Shown: positions 1-9,328, counted from the stretch's first letter. The stretch is 64,000 nucleotides of DNA from Candidatus Latescibacterota bacterium (GCA_965204725.1 OZ242005.1:448001-512000); one strand, 5' to 3'. The notes: generated from the letters alone by a model not told the origin. Numbers and translations: made by a program.

Positions 1-716
1 TCTTCAAGGATCTCAAAAAGGTTGGTCGCCCCTTCGTGGCACGTAGTCGCCTTTCCCGCAGCCACCGGCTCAACTACGATGGCGATTCGCCCCGGTCCCA
101 CGCGGAAGGCCGGGTCCACATAAGGCACCAAGCCCTCGCCGGAGACAGTCAATCCATAAACAGGGTCATCCGCGGCCCCCGCCGCTCGCATCGGCCCCCC
201 AGCCCCCGCCACAGGCACCCCGGCCTGCCCATCCACCAACACCATCCGCCGCGTCACCGTCGCGCCGCCGCTACTCAACCGATAGAGGTACACGCCCGCC
301 CCCACGGCCCGGCCCGCCGCATCCGTGCCGTCCCATTGCGCTGTATGCGCCCCGCCGACCAGTTCGCCATCAACGACCGTCGCCACCCGCTGCCCCATCA
401 TATTGAACACTTCGAGCCGCACCTCGCCAGACGTCGGCAGATGAAAGGGAATGAGGGTGGAAGGATTGAACGGATTGGGGTAATTCGGCCCCAGCGCAAA
501 GGCCGTACCCGCTGAGAAGGCTTGCAGCACAAAACGCCCAGCCGCGTCCGTCGTCGTGCCGACGAACCGATCCCGATCGGCCAAATCAAACAGCCGCACC
601 TGCACCCCAACCGCCGGCTCCCCAGACGCCAAGCGCACACGCCCTTCGAGCAGCGGCTCCGCCCCAACGCTCACGCTCAACACCAGACCAACGAAACAGC
701 CGATAAACGACGTCAC
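1..716 (-). CDS. Secreted protein with FlgD-Ig/T9SS type A-like domain (partial, runs off the left edge)
   Basis: Not in the ORF track because it has no stop in the window. GTG at 716 with AAGGAG RBS at 724-729; open frame MTSFIGCFVGLVLSVSVGAEPLLEGRVRLASGEPAVGVQVRL...GPNYPNPFNPSTLIPFHL...EVFNMMGQRVATVVDG...WDGTDAAGRAVGAGVYLYRL; N-terminal signal peptide. Confidence 0.85.
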   Translation of the reverse strand, partial: MTSFIGCFVGLVLSVSVGAEPLLEGRVRLASGEPAVGVQVRLFDLADRDRFVGTTTDAAGRFVLQAFSAGTAFALGPNYPNPFNPSTLIPFHLPTSGEVRLEVFNMMGQRVATVVDGELVGGAHTAQWDGTDAAGRAVGAGVYLYRLSSGGATVTRRMVLVDGQAGVPVAGAGGPMRAAGAADDPVYGLTVSGEGLVPYVDPAFRVGPGRIAIVVEPVAAGKATTCHEGATNLFEILE

Positions 717-720
717 GAGT

Positions 721-807
721 CTACTCCTTTAGAAAAGAGAGGGAACTATACAGAAGGTCGCGCTCGGCGGCCTGCAACATCGCCCTTGCACATTTAAGGT
801 CGCTCAT
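721..807 (-). pseudogene. Truncated HEPN toxin remnant (28 aa)
   Basis: ATG overlaps the end of the MNT gene; MSDLKCARAMLQAAERDL resembles a HEPN N-terminal helix, followed by unrelated codons and TAG. Confidence 0.6.
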
Positions 808-1144
808 AAAGCACCTTTCCCTCGCGCAGCGCCCGCGCCAAAACGTGGTTGAGGGAATCGCGCCAGTAGGCGACGTCTGCACGGGAATAGACCAAGACAT
901 CGGCCGGGACGGAAAATCCCGCTAGCGCGTGGTAGAGCCGGACCATCTCTTGGTGGCGACTGCGCCCCGGACCGAACGGCTCGGCTTCCAAGACGATCAG
1001 ATCGACATCCGAGTCTTCCCGCTCGTCGCCCCGGCCACGAGAGCCGAAGAGCATTACCTGCTCGGGATCGACTTCGGCGACGATGGCCTGGACCATCTGC
1101 TCAATGAGGGTGTCGGTGATATATAGCTGTTCTACATCCTTCAT
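794..1144 (-). CDS. Minimal nucleotidyltransferase (MNT/MntA-type antitoxin)
   Basis: LFGSRGRG...SDVDLIV motif and C-terminal REGKVLYE; likely start at ATG 1144, inside a MITE end; the track extension to 1204 is repeat-derived. Confidence 0.88.
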   Translation of the reverse strand: MKDVEQLYITDTLIEQMVQAIVAEVDPEQVMLFGSRGRGDEREDSDVDLIVLEAEPFGPGRSRHQEMVRLYHALAGFSVPADVLVYSRADVAYWRDSLNHVLARALREGKVLYERP

Positions 1145-1281
1145 AAGGGATGGTCTTTGGGTATGAGATACTTCGCTACGCTCAGTATGACAAGTCTGGG
1201 GCACGAGGCTCCCGTCTCTGTGTCATGCTGAGCGTAGCGAAGCATCTCTACATGCTTGCAAGTCATTTAGGACGGCTAATA
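1122..1281. mobile_element. MITE copy A1 (TATAGC-N2-TCCTA terminal repeats, GTCATGCTGAGCG-type palindrome cargo)
   Basis: Near-identical to 27550-27719; ends TATAGCTGTTCTACATC and TCATTTAGGACGGCTA; internal inverted pair GAGATACTTCGCTACGCTCAGTATGACA / TGTCATGCTGAGCGTAGCGAAGCATCTC. Confidence 0.8.
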
Positions 1282-1355
1282 GCTATTTATAGCGATAACC
1301 TATGTCGCGTTGCCTGTCAAGCAGTCCACACCCCCTACAAGCGGCGCATTCAGGG

Positions 1356-3335
1356 TCAATACATGCGGATTACATTGCCCGTCATTCCGGTGAAGCCATC
1401 CACGACCAGCCACGCCCCGCCCGAAGCGAACTGCCCGAGGATCACCCCCAAAAAGAACCAGCGCGTCGAGCGGTAGCCGCCCGGCCCCATGTACTTCAAA
1501 ACGACGGATTTAATCAGCCAAGCGAGAAAGATGCTGAACCAGATATTGCCGAGGATCCAAGTGCCGCTGGTCACGTAGCCTATCGGATGCAAAGGCCACC
1601 ACAACAAATGGTGGCGCGCCCACAGCAACAGCGCCATCACCGCGGCCCCGACTCCGTTCCAGAGCCACCCCAGCCAATAGGGGCCGGTCGGCGTCTCGAT
1701 GAAACGGGCGGCAAAGCGAAAAGGCTCCAAGGCGAAAAGCCCGGAGAAGTACTGCCGGTGCAGGTTGAGCGCCCCGTATTGGTAGCCCAAGTTCAAGGTC
1801 GCATAGATCGAACCCAAGAGGCCGATAGCCAGCGCCGCGGCTAGCATCGCCAAGACGCGCCGCGGCCCGACCTTGAGGCCGTGCAACAGGCGGATGCCGT
1901 TGGCGCAAGGGGCCATCATAAAGACCAGCAGATCGCCCGCCCAAGCGAGGGTAAAGCCCAGCGCCATCATCCCGGTCGCCCCCAGCGCGGTCGAGCCGAC
2001 GCCCGAGACCACAAAGCCCGCGCCCGAAAGCCCCTCCACAGCCGACGAAAGCCCGGCTTCGACTATCACGCGGGTGAGGGCGAAGAAGATGGCGAAGGCC
2101 GCGCCGAGAAACAGCACCACCGCCCACCAAGGCAACCCGGTCTGCCACAGCCACAAGCCCATGACGGCCAAGCCCACGACCAAGCCGCCCACGGCCGTCC
2201 GGTAGGACAACAACTCGCCGGCCGCGCTGCCGCCGGCTCGGGCCTGCTGCCACACGGCCTTTAGGTGCCCGCGCGCCGTCCACAGCCCCAAGACGACCAG
2301 CGCGATCATCGCGCCCATGCTCTGATGGCTCAACATGCCCGTAGTGGGACCAGCATGGCTGAAGGCGTCGAGCTGCTCGGTGGTGAAGACGCCGAGGGTC
2401 GCGCAGGCCCATTCTTGCGCTTTGGCCAGCAGATAGAAAAACCACAAGCTGCCGGAGATGCCTGTGTTGATAAAATAGGCCAAGCCCATCATCAGGTAGT
2501 TGAGTCGGATGCGCAGGACGACCGCGTCGTGCCCCAAAGACAGCGGCAGGTTGAGGTCAACGCGCGGCGCGAACTCGTAGTAGTGGCTAAAGGAATTGAT
2601 CGTATTGAGGATCGCCGGAACCGCAAAGCCAGCCCACATGATTGGATTGCGCAAAAAGGGCTTTAGGCGCGCCGGGCGCGGGCCGTCCTCAATCATCCCC
2701 AAGGGCACCTGCACCAGCGGGTAGAGCAACCGCTCGTGGTCCATCCACTGCCGCCGCATAATCACCATCGCGCATATAAGCACGAGATAAAAAGCGGCCA
2801 TGAAGAACAACCACCACGACAACGGCCCGACCCAAGCACCCCAAGGGATGGATTGGCCGCGCGGCAGCCCTTCGTAAAACTGCTTGATTGCCACCTCGTC
2901 TTGGACGATCAGCGAAGGGGGAATGTGGGGCAGCAGCAGCTCGACCCAGTTGTTTTCTGGCGTCGCGTAGTAGAGCACGCTGGAAATGGCGGGAATGGCG
3001 GCTCCGGTAAAGCCCCTCGACGGGATGGCCGTTGCCAGCATCATCATCGCGGTAATCAGCAGCAACTCGGCGCGGTTGAACGCCCAGTGCCGTCGCACCA
3101 ACCCCAGCAGCGGTTGCACCAGCGCGACCAGCCAGAAGAGCAGGAAAAAGGCGGCTGGTGTCGATGAACTCAACCCCAGCCGAGTGCCCTTGATGACGAA
3201 TTCCCCATAAGGCAGCCCCACCGAGATCAGGGCGCAAAGCCCAAGGCCCGTCAGCATCGCCGGCAGGCGAATTGCGGGGGCAGGTTGGGAGGTTGGGGAC
3301 ATGGGCGGGGGAGGGGGTTGGTGAGCAGTGGCCAC
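1356..3335 (-). CDS. DUF6785/DUF6784-type polytopic membrane protein (putative transporter)
   Basis: 659 aa, many TM helices; motifs YYATPENNW, IPWGAW, QWMDHERLLYP, WWPLHPIG shared with the C-terminal third of the 56829-63089 protein. Confidence 0.8.
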   Translation of the reverse strand: MATAHQPPPPPMSPTSQPAPAIRLPAMLTGLGLCALISVGLPYGEFVIKGTRLGLSSSTPAAFFLLFWLVALVQPLLGLVRRHWAFNRAELLLITAMMMLATAIPSRGFTGAAIPAISSVLYYATPENNWVELLLPHIPPSLIVQDEVAIKQFYEGLPRGQSIPWGAWVGPLSWWLFFMAAFYLVLICAMVIMRRQWMDHERLLYPLVQVPLGMIEDGPRPARLKPFLRNPIMWAGFAVPAILNTINSFSHYYEFAPRVDLNLPLSLGHDAVVLRIRLNYLMMGLAYFINTGISGSLWFFYLLAKAQEWACATLGVFTTEQLDAFSHAGPTTGMLSHQSMGAMIALVVLGLWTARGHLKAVWQQARAGGSAAGELLSYRTAVGGLVVGLAVMGLWLWQTGLPWWAVVLFLGAAFAIFFALTRVIVEAGLSSAVEGLSGAGFVVSGVGSTALGATGMMALGFTLAWAGDLLVFMMAPCANGIRLLHGLKVGPRRVLAMLAAALAIGLLGSIYATLNLGYQYGALNLHRQYFSGLFALEPFRFAARFIETPTGPYWLGWLWNGVGAAVMALLLWARHHLLWWPLHPIGYVTSGTWILGNIWFSIFLAWLIKSVVLKYMGPGGYRSTRWFFLGVILGQFASGGAWLVVDGFTGMTGNVIRMY

Positions 3336-3475
3336 GGACTAGCGGCGAGAAACGTAGCCAAATCCGCCAATACCCGTCAATAAGCGGCCCGGTTACTTAG
3401 TTGCCGTTACTGGCAAAAAGCCGCTAACTATGCTTCATAGCGAACTGCCCCACTAACTACGGAAAGGACGGACCT

Positions 3476-5434
3476 ATGGAGCGCAAAATATACGCCTTTG
3501 GCATGGACGGCTTTATCGTCCCGATGATGAAACGATTCGCCGCCGAAGGGGCCTTGCCCCACTTTGAACGCCTGTTGCGAGAGGGCGCGGTCAACCAGAC
3601 GCTGCCCTCTTTCCCGGTGTGGACCCCGACCAACTGGGCCACGCTTTCGACCGGAGCGCACACGGGTACGCACGGGGTGACGCGCTGGCGGGTGGAAGTC
3701 GCGCCGGGCCAGCGGATCGACAGTTTCGACGGGCGGGCCAACAACGCCGAGCGGATATGGAACGCCTTGGAGCGGGCGGGCATGCAGAGCGTGGCCGTCC
3801 ACTATCCGGCGGCCCATCCTTCCGGGGTGAAAACGGGCTTTGTCGTCGATGGCTTCGGCCATCCCGGCCACCGCAGCACGGATTTTGAAGTCGCCACCTG
3901 CCAAGCCTATACCACAGATGCCTCGCTGGAAGAGGCCATCGAGATGGACCACGATGGCACGGCCGTGCGGCAGGCCCAGCGCAGCGTCGAGCCGATCCCC
4001 CCGCTGAAGCCGGCGCAAGGGTGGCGGAACTTGCCCGCGAGCAAGGCCCCGCCGCTGGCGAGCCGCATTGAGATAGCCGCTCGGTTGGGCGGCGATGTCA
4101 CGGCGTTCCACCTGCTGGCAGTCGCCACGGCCGGACGAGGGTACGACCGAGTGCTGGTGTGTCGCGATCGGGACGGTGCCAGTTGCGTGGCCGTTGCCGA
4201 GAAGGGCGAATGGAGCGAGTGGGCGGTGGAGAACTTTGCCATCAGTGGGAGCAAACGCCCGGCCTCGCTCCGCTTCAAGCTGATGGAACTGGCCGCAGAC
4301 GGCAGCCGCCTCAAGCTCTACCGCACTCAGGCTACCTATACCGATGGCTTCACCCTGCCCGACGAGTTGGCTGGCGAGTTGGTGGAGCGCTTTGGGCCGT
4401 ATCAGGAACACGCCTCCATGCTGCCCTATACCGCTGGGATGGCCGATTTTGACACGGCCTTGGAAGAATGCGAGTACCAAGGAATGTGGTTTGCCGAAGT
4501 CGCCCGCTACATGCTGCGCGAGCGGGGCTGTTCCTTTTTCATCTGCCACTGGCATTTGTTCGACTACCTCAACCACATCCACCTCGGGGACGTGGACCCC
4601 GTGTGCCCGGGGTACGCGGCCGAGCGCGCCGAACAGTACGTAGATTACTTTCGGCGGGCCTATCAGGTGGGGGACCGCATTTTGGGGCGGCTGTGGGAAG
4701 ACGCAGACGAGCATACGTACGTGGGCGTGGTGTCTGACCACGGGTGCTCGCCCGATGTGCGGGTAGCCAATATCCGGCAGTTTTTGCACGAGCAGGGCTT
4801 TCTGGCACTCAAGGATGGGGCAGAGGGACTGGTGCGCGATCAGGTGCGCGAGGAGGATATCGACTGGGCGCGCACCCGGGCCTACCTCAAGGACGACAAG
4901 GGATTCGACATTTTCATCAACGCCGATCCGGGACCCGAATTCGACCGCATTGAGGCCGAGTTGCTGCTGGCCTTGCGCACGTGGGTTGATCAAGAAGTGC
5001 GGCGCAATCCCGTGGCCGTGGCCCTGCCGCGGCGCGACGCGTACCTCCTCGGCCAGTGGGGGGACCAATGCGGCGATGTGGTCTTTGCTTGGGATCACGG
5101 GTACGTCAGCGGGTACTACGGGCAGTGGCGGGGCATTGCCGGCGGGGGCTGTGTTGGAGCACCCAATGAGTACGGAGCGCATCACGGCGGGTTTCTGCCG
5201 ACCCAGAGCCAGACCTCGTCCAGCTTTGGCTCGTGGTTGCTGGCCGGGCCGGGCGTAAAGCGGGGATACGAGCGGCCGGTTGACACTCTGGGGTACATCC
5301 ACGCCGCCGACGTCGTGCCCACCTTCTGCCAGATGCTGGGGGCCGAGCCGCCGCGCCAAGCGCAGGGGACGGTGGCGCGGGATTTGTTTGCGGGGCACGA
5401 AATGGTCCGGGAGCGGGCGGCTAACCCAGCTTGA
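3476..5434 (+). CDS. Alkaline phosphatase superfamily protein (nucleotide pyrophosphatase/phosphodiesterase type)
   Basis: FGMDG, PVWTPTNWATLSTG (Thr nucleophile), DYLNH, VSDHG motifs; AAGGA RBS. Confidence 0.85.
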   Translation: MERKIYAFGMDGFIVPMMKRFAAEGALPHFERLLREGAVNQTLPSFPVWTPTNWATLSTGAHTGTHGVTRWRVEVAPGQRIDSFDGRANNAERIWNALERAGMQSVAVHYPAAHPSGVKTGFVVDGFGHPGHRSTDFEVATCQAYTTDASLEEAIEMDHDGTAVRQAQRSVEPIPPLKPAQGWRNLPASKAPPLASRIEIAARLGGDVTAFHLLAVATAGRGYDRVLVCRDRDGASCVAVAEKGEWSEWAVENFAISGSKRPASLRFKLMELAADGSRLKLYRTQATYTDGFTLPDELAGELVERFGPYQEHASMLPYTAGMADFDTALEECEYQGMWFAEVARYMLRERGCSFFICHWHLFDYLNHIHLGDVDPVCPGYAAERAEQYVDYFRRAYQVGDRILGRLWEDADEHTYVGVVSDHGCSPDVRVANIRQFLHEQGFLALKDGAEGLVRDQVREEDIDWARTRAYLKDDKGFDIFINADPGPEFDRIEAELLLALRTWVDQEVRRNPVAVALPRRDAYLLGQWGDQCGDVVFAWDHGYVSGYYGQWRGIAGGGCVGAPNEYGAHHGGFLPTQSQTSSSFGSWLLAGPGVKRGYERPVDTLGYIHAADVVPTFCQMLGAEPPRQAQGTVARDLFAGHEMVRERAANPA

Positions 5435-5474
5435 GGCGAGTTATCCAACCCACGCACCTACTTGAGGAGCAACC

Positions 5475-6359
5475 ATGAACACTTTGACTAAACGCACCCT
5501 AGGGCGCACCGGCCTCGCGGTCACCCAACTCGGGTTTGGAGCGGCCGAGCGCGGCCTGCCGGATGAAGCAGAGTACGACGCTCAGGCCGGCCGCGTATTG
5601 AATGCGGCCCTCGACGCGGGAATCAACCTCTTTGACACCGCCCCGGATTACGGCGCGAGCGAGGAGCGGATTGGCAAGTTTCTCAGCCATCGCCGCGACG
5701 AGTTTTTCCTCGCGACGAAGTGTGGCTGCAACATCGACGCGGCGGGCCAGCGGCTGGAGCCGAGCCACCTGTGGACGGCCGAGCGCTTGCACACCAACAT
5801 CGACCAGAGCCTGCGCCGCCTAAAAACCGACTGCGTAGATCTGCTCCAGATGCACAATCCCACCGTGGAGGAGGTCGAGCGGGGCGGGCTGATCGAAGCC
5901 CTCGAAGATATTCGCCAAGCCGGAAAGACCCGGTTTATCGGCGTGTCTTCTACGGTGCCGCATTTGGCCGCGTTCATAGCGTCGGAGGCGTTTGACGTGT
6001 TTCAGGTCCCTTACTCCGCCTTGGAGCGCCAGCACGAAAGGATGATTCAGCAAGCGGCCGATGCCGGAGCCGGCATTCTCATTCGCGGCGGCATTAGCTT
6101 GGGCCACCGAGCCAACGAGGAGCGCCAGTCGAAGTGGGAGCGGGCCGAGCTCGACGAGCTCACCGGCGGAATGAGTCGGCACGAGTTTGTCCTGCGCTTC
6201 ACCCTCGCGCACCCAGCGTGTCACACGACGATTGTCGGCACGACGAACCTCGCGCATCTAACGTCCAACGTCGCCGCGGCCTCGGCAGGTCCCCTACCGG
6301 CAGATCGCTACACCGCGGCCAAGGCCAAGCTGGCGCGCATCGGCGAGGGGCCGGAGTAG
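5475..6359 (+). CDS. Aldo/keto reductase
   Basis: RTLGRTG, LGFG, FDTAPDYG, ATK, SLRRLKTDCVDLLQMH; GAGGAG RBS. Confidence 0.92.
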   Translation: MNTLTKRTLGRTGLAVTQLGFGAAERGLPDEAEYDAQAGRVLNAALDAGINLFDTAPDYGASEERIGKFLSHRRDEFFLATKCGCNIDAAGQRLEPSHLWTAERLHTNIDQSLRRLKTDCVDLLQMHNPTVEEVERGGLIEALEDIRQAGKTRFIGVSSTVPHLAAFIASEAFDVFQVPYSALERQHERMIQQAADAGAGILIRGGISLGHRANEERQSKWERAELDELTGGMSRHEFVLRFTLAHPACHTTIVGTTNLAHLTSNVAAASAGPLPADRYTAAKAKLARIGEGPE

Positions 6360-6399
6360 ATCGCCCAAACCCTTACTACCCGACACCCGAGGCCAACCT

Positions 6400-6457
6400 C
6401 CCCGGGATCGAGGGCATCTTGCCCTCGTCGAGGGCGGGACGCCCTCGATCCCAGGGA
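6400..6457. repeat. REP-like palindrome, family C (GATCGAGGGCATCTTGCCCTCG), paired copy
   Basis: Two inverted units between convergent genes; same core at 27725-27754 and 56755-56790. Confidence 0.8.
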
Positions 6458-6490
6458 CGCAGCCGCAACACCAGAAAACTTTGCAGAGAC

Positions 6491-7513
6491 TCAGCGCGAG
6501 TTCGCAGTGTGGCGGGAGCGGTGCTTGCACCATAGCCGGAATGGAATTCCCAACAACGGCAGCGACTGCGCCAAGCCGAAAAAGTGAAAGCGCGCCGGCG
6601 CGAGGGGAGAAAACAAGAGGAACATAGCCAAGAAAACGATGTGATGCGGGAAGAGGACGCCGGTCAGCCAGTAGCTTCCCAAGTGAAATGAGATCAGCAC
6701 CATGCCAAAGGGCCGGTGCAAATGCGGCCTGAACAAAGCAAAGAGCGCGAAAAACTGGGTATAAACGATCCCCAAGAACAGGAGCTGAGTCAGGTATGGC
6801 TGCGACGCGACCAGCGGCAGCAACGGAGGCACGGGAATTGTGTCGGACATCAAGCGCGCCAGCAAAATTCGGACTAGGCTATCCGGCTCTAAAAGGGCTA
6901 GTTTGTTGCCCATTACCTTCCAATAGCCGGCGAGGGAATAGCAGAACAGCACGATGCTCTGGATGAACCAGAAGACCATGATGTAGGTCATGGCGGCTTT
7001 GCGCGACATCCGCTCCGGGTGGGCCGAGGTAGGCGGCAGGAACAGCAGCGCGAAGCTGATGAACAGGTAGAGATGGACCCCGTGATTGATGGAACCATAG
7101 GAATTGTTCACCGCGCCCACGAGGAAGAGATACAGGAAAACGCCGAGCCGCCAGACCAGCGCACCCGGAAAAGTGAACGCCAGCACCGCGACCGACGAAC
7201 CCGCGACCGATATAACGGTTACATGGGCCAGCCATTCGGTGCCGGTCAGATAGTTCAGGAGGCTGATCGGCCACAGCGGGTCCGTGGGCAGATGCCCGCG
7301 GAAGGCTTTACTGTATTCTAGAAAAGATACAGCTATCGTAAAAAACACGAACAGGTAGTAAAACCGGACCAGATAGGCGACTCCGACCGCAGCCCGCGAA
7401 AAATCGGCCGGGGTGCGGCGGTCCCCAGCGTCGAATTGCAGAACATTGCGCCGCAGCCAGCGGCCAGACCCGCGGGTCCTTAGCCTTCGGAGGCCGAGCG
7501 AGGCGTAGCGCAA
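6491..7513 (-). CDS. HTTM-like polytopic membrane protein
   Basis: Multiple TMs; YGSINH and YSLAGYWK motifs typical of HTTM/VKGC-like proteins; likely TTG start at 7513 after AAGGA, just past the upstream stop (track start 7624 overlaps the upstream gene). Confidence 0.6.
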   Translation of the reverse strand: MRYASLGLRRLRTRGSGRWLRRNVLQFDAGDRRTPADFSRAAVGVAYLVRFYYLFVFFTIAVSFLEYSKAFRGHLPTDPLWPISLLNYLTGTEWLAHVTVISVAGSSVAVLAFTFPGALVWRLGVFLYLFLVGAVNNSYGSINHGVHLYLFISFALLFLPPTSAHPERMSRKAAMTYIMVFWFIQSIVLFCYSLAGYWKVMGNKLALLEPDSLVRILLARLMSDTIPVPPLLPLVASQPYLTQLLFLGIVYTQFFALFALFRPHLHRPFGMVLISFHLGSYWLTGVLFPHHIVFLAMFLLFSPLAPARFHFFGLAQSLPLLGIPFRLWCKHRSRHTANSR

Positions 7514-7514
7514 G

Positions 7515-8408
7515 TTACTCGTCCTTTCCCGCAGCCGGGGCGAGCTCAATATCGACTTCCCAGAGATGGCGATATTGACCTTGCTCGCTTGTGAACTGGC
7601 CGGTTTGAATGCGACGGATTGCATAGGCCGGGACAGGCCGCACCGTTATACATTCCTCGTCCAACCGGAATTGATAATCGCCGAAATTAAAGTCGAGGTT
7701 GTCCGTAGCGTATTTTTTGCGATGGCTGGGCAGGTCGTTTTCATCCGCCGGATATAGGTGTAGAAAGAAGCGCGCGTCCAAGTCCGCTTCGTCGCAGGAG
7801 TCCCTGACGTAAATCAGGTCGTTCTCGTAGAGGAAAACGTCAAAATGGGAGCGGGCCAGCAATTTTGCGGCCTCGTAACTGCCGTCCCAATTTCCGGTCT
7901 GGCTCCGGCCCCCACCCGTGGTCCAGCGGCCTATTGTGTTTTCCGGTCGGAGCTGAAAAAAGTCGGTGCGTTTCGCTTCGCCTTTGGCCAAGCCGTAGAT
8001 GCCGCGTTGCACCTCGCGCAGGTCAATGCGAGCCTCGATGATGCTGAACTCAACGTCGTTTCCCTCGGCTAGCCTGTTCACAATCGGGTAAAGCCTTTGT
8101 TTTACGGCGTCATTACAGGCCGCTAAGCGGACGCAGTCGTTGACAGTGGTCCCTAGGGCTTTCTGGTCTCTTATATTTCCTGTGGGGATCAAGTAGCGCG
8201 TGCCGGAAACCGGCTCACCGTCTATCGAGTGGACGACGAGGGCATTTTCCGTAACGTACCACTCAGGGATGACATCAAATAGCGTCCAAGCAAAAAACGG
8301 GAATACCTCATCGTGAGTGACCCCAATAACGGGCTTCAGCCAGATCACGATCACGTAGAACCCGAGGAAAAACGGAATCAGAAACTTCAACAGCCGATAG
8401 CGGCTCAT
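7515..8408 (-). CDS. Membrane-anchored hypothetical protein
   Basis: 297 aa; N-terminal TM followed by EVFPFFAWTLF; C-terminal soluble domain with ARFFLHLYP...DNLDFNF...IQTGQF. Confidence 0.7.
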   Translation of the reverse strand: MSRYRLLKFLIPFFLGFYVIVIWLKPVIGVTHDEVFPFFAWTLFDVIPEWYVTENALVVHSIDGEPVSGTRYLIPTGNIRDQKALGTTVNDCVRLAACNDAVKQRLYPIVNRLAEGNDVEFSIIEARIDLREVQRGIYGLAKGEAKRTDFFQLRPENTIGRWTTGGGRSQTGNWDGSYEAAKLLARSHFDVFLYENDLIYVRDSCDEADLDARFFLHLYPADENDLPSHRKKYATDNLDFNFGDYQFRLDEECITVRPVPAYAIRRIQTGQFTSEQGQYRHLWEVDIELAPAAGKDE

Positions 8409-8416
8409 CGAGATAC

Positions 8417-8440
8417 CTTGAATGATGTAGGACGGCTATA
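8417..8440. repeat. Solo MITE terminal repeat
   Basis: CTTGAATGATGTAGGACGGCTATA matches the end of the B-type MITE at 27528-27551. Confidence 0.7.
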
Positions 8441-8540
8441 GAAGCAGGCGATCAGTCCGTTGTGTCGAAAGCGGACAATCATTCGTGCAATGTAACCTAT
8501 CACTTCCCAGCTTGCCATTCTTCTTGGCGGCCTAACCACA

Positions 8541-9224
8541 ATGAAACTAATCGTCACCAACGACGACGGCATTGAAGCAGAGGGCCTACAGACCTTAGTC
8601 GGTCTGGCGTCGCGGTGGGGCGAGGTCGTCGTTGTCGCACCGGCCGAGCCTCAGTCCGGTGTTGGCCATCAGTTGACGACCGATAAGGCTATTCGCGTGG
8701 ACAAACTGGCGGAAGACCGCTACCGGATATGGGGCACCCCGGCTGACTGTACCCGTCTGGCATTGAGCACGCTAGCACCCGACGGCGACTGGGTGCTCTC
8801 CGGGATCAATCACGGCGGCAACCTTGGGGTGGATGTGTACGAATCCGGCACGGTAGCGGCCGCTAGGGAGGCGGCTATTCACGGGTGTAAGGCCATCGCC
8901 CTGTCCCACTATACAGTAAAAGGCCGGTCCATCGACTGGCCGCTGGCCGCGGCACGGCTTAGGCCGGTGTTGGATACCGTGCTGAACGAGACGCTCGAAG
9001 CCGGGTGTTTTCTAAACGTGAACCTGCCTCATCCCAACCACGACGAGACCCACTTGAAAACCAAACAGGCCCCGGTGGACCCAAGCCCCCACAAAACCAC
9101 CTTCGCGCAAACCGGCGACGGCTTTCTATACACCGGCGTCTATCAGGAACGCGGGCGCCTACCCGGCAGTGACATAGACCACTGCTTCAAGGGGCGTATC
9201 TCGCTGTCGAAAATCGCCGTTTGA
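8541..9224 (+). CDS. surE: 5'/3'-nucleotidase SurE
   Basis: TNDDGI, GTPADC, SGINHGGNLG, SGTVAAA, LNVNLP. Confidence 0.95.
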   Translation: MKLIVTNDDGIEAEGLQTLVGLASRWGEVVVVAPAEPQSGVGHQLTTDKAIRVDKLAEDRYRIWGTPADCTRLALSTLAPDGDWVLSGINHGGNLGVDVYESGTVAAAREAAIHGCKAIALSHYTVKGRSIDWPLAAARLRPVLDTVLNETLEAGCFLNVNLPHPNHDETHLKTKQAPVDPSPHKTTFAQTGDGFLYTGVYQERGRLPGSDIDHCFKGRISLSKIAV

Positions 9225-9328
9225 ATGGGCCGCATCGCCAGCCCAGTTCCTCAGCGGGTGGCGGATAGTGCGGTATATACATTTATTCCATCCCCGTCGT
9301 CTATTGACAAACAGGACGGAGCAAACCA

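Noticed and set aside
85-625. Apparent frameshifts in G runs of the first gene
   Set aside because: Recounting the C4 runs at 90-93 and 620-623 shows the frame is intact; it is missing from the track only because it has no stop in the window.
3428-5398. 656-aa antisense ORF opposite the phosphodiesterase
   Set aside because: Exact shadow of a motif-bearing gene; expected in high-GC DNA. The same applies to the many other Arg/Pro-rich overlapping ORFs.
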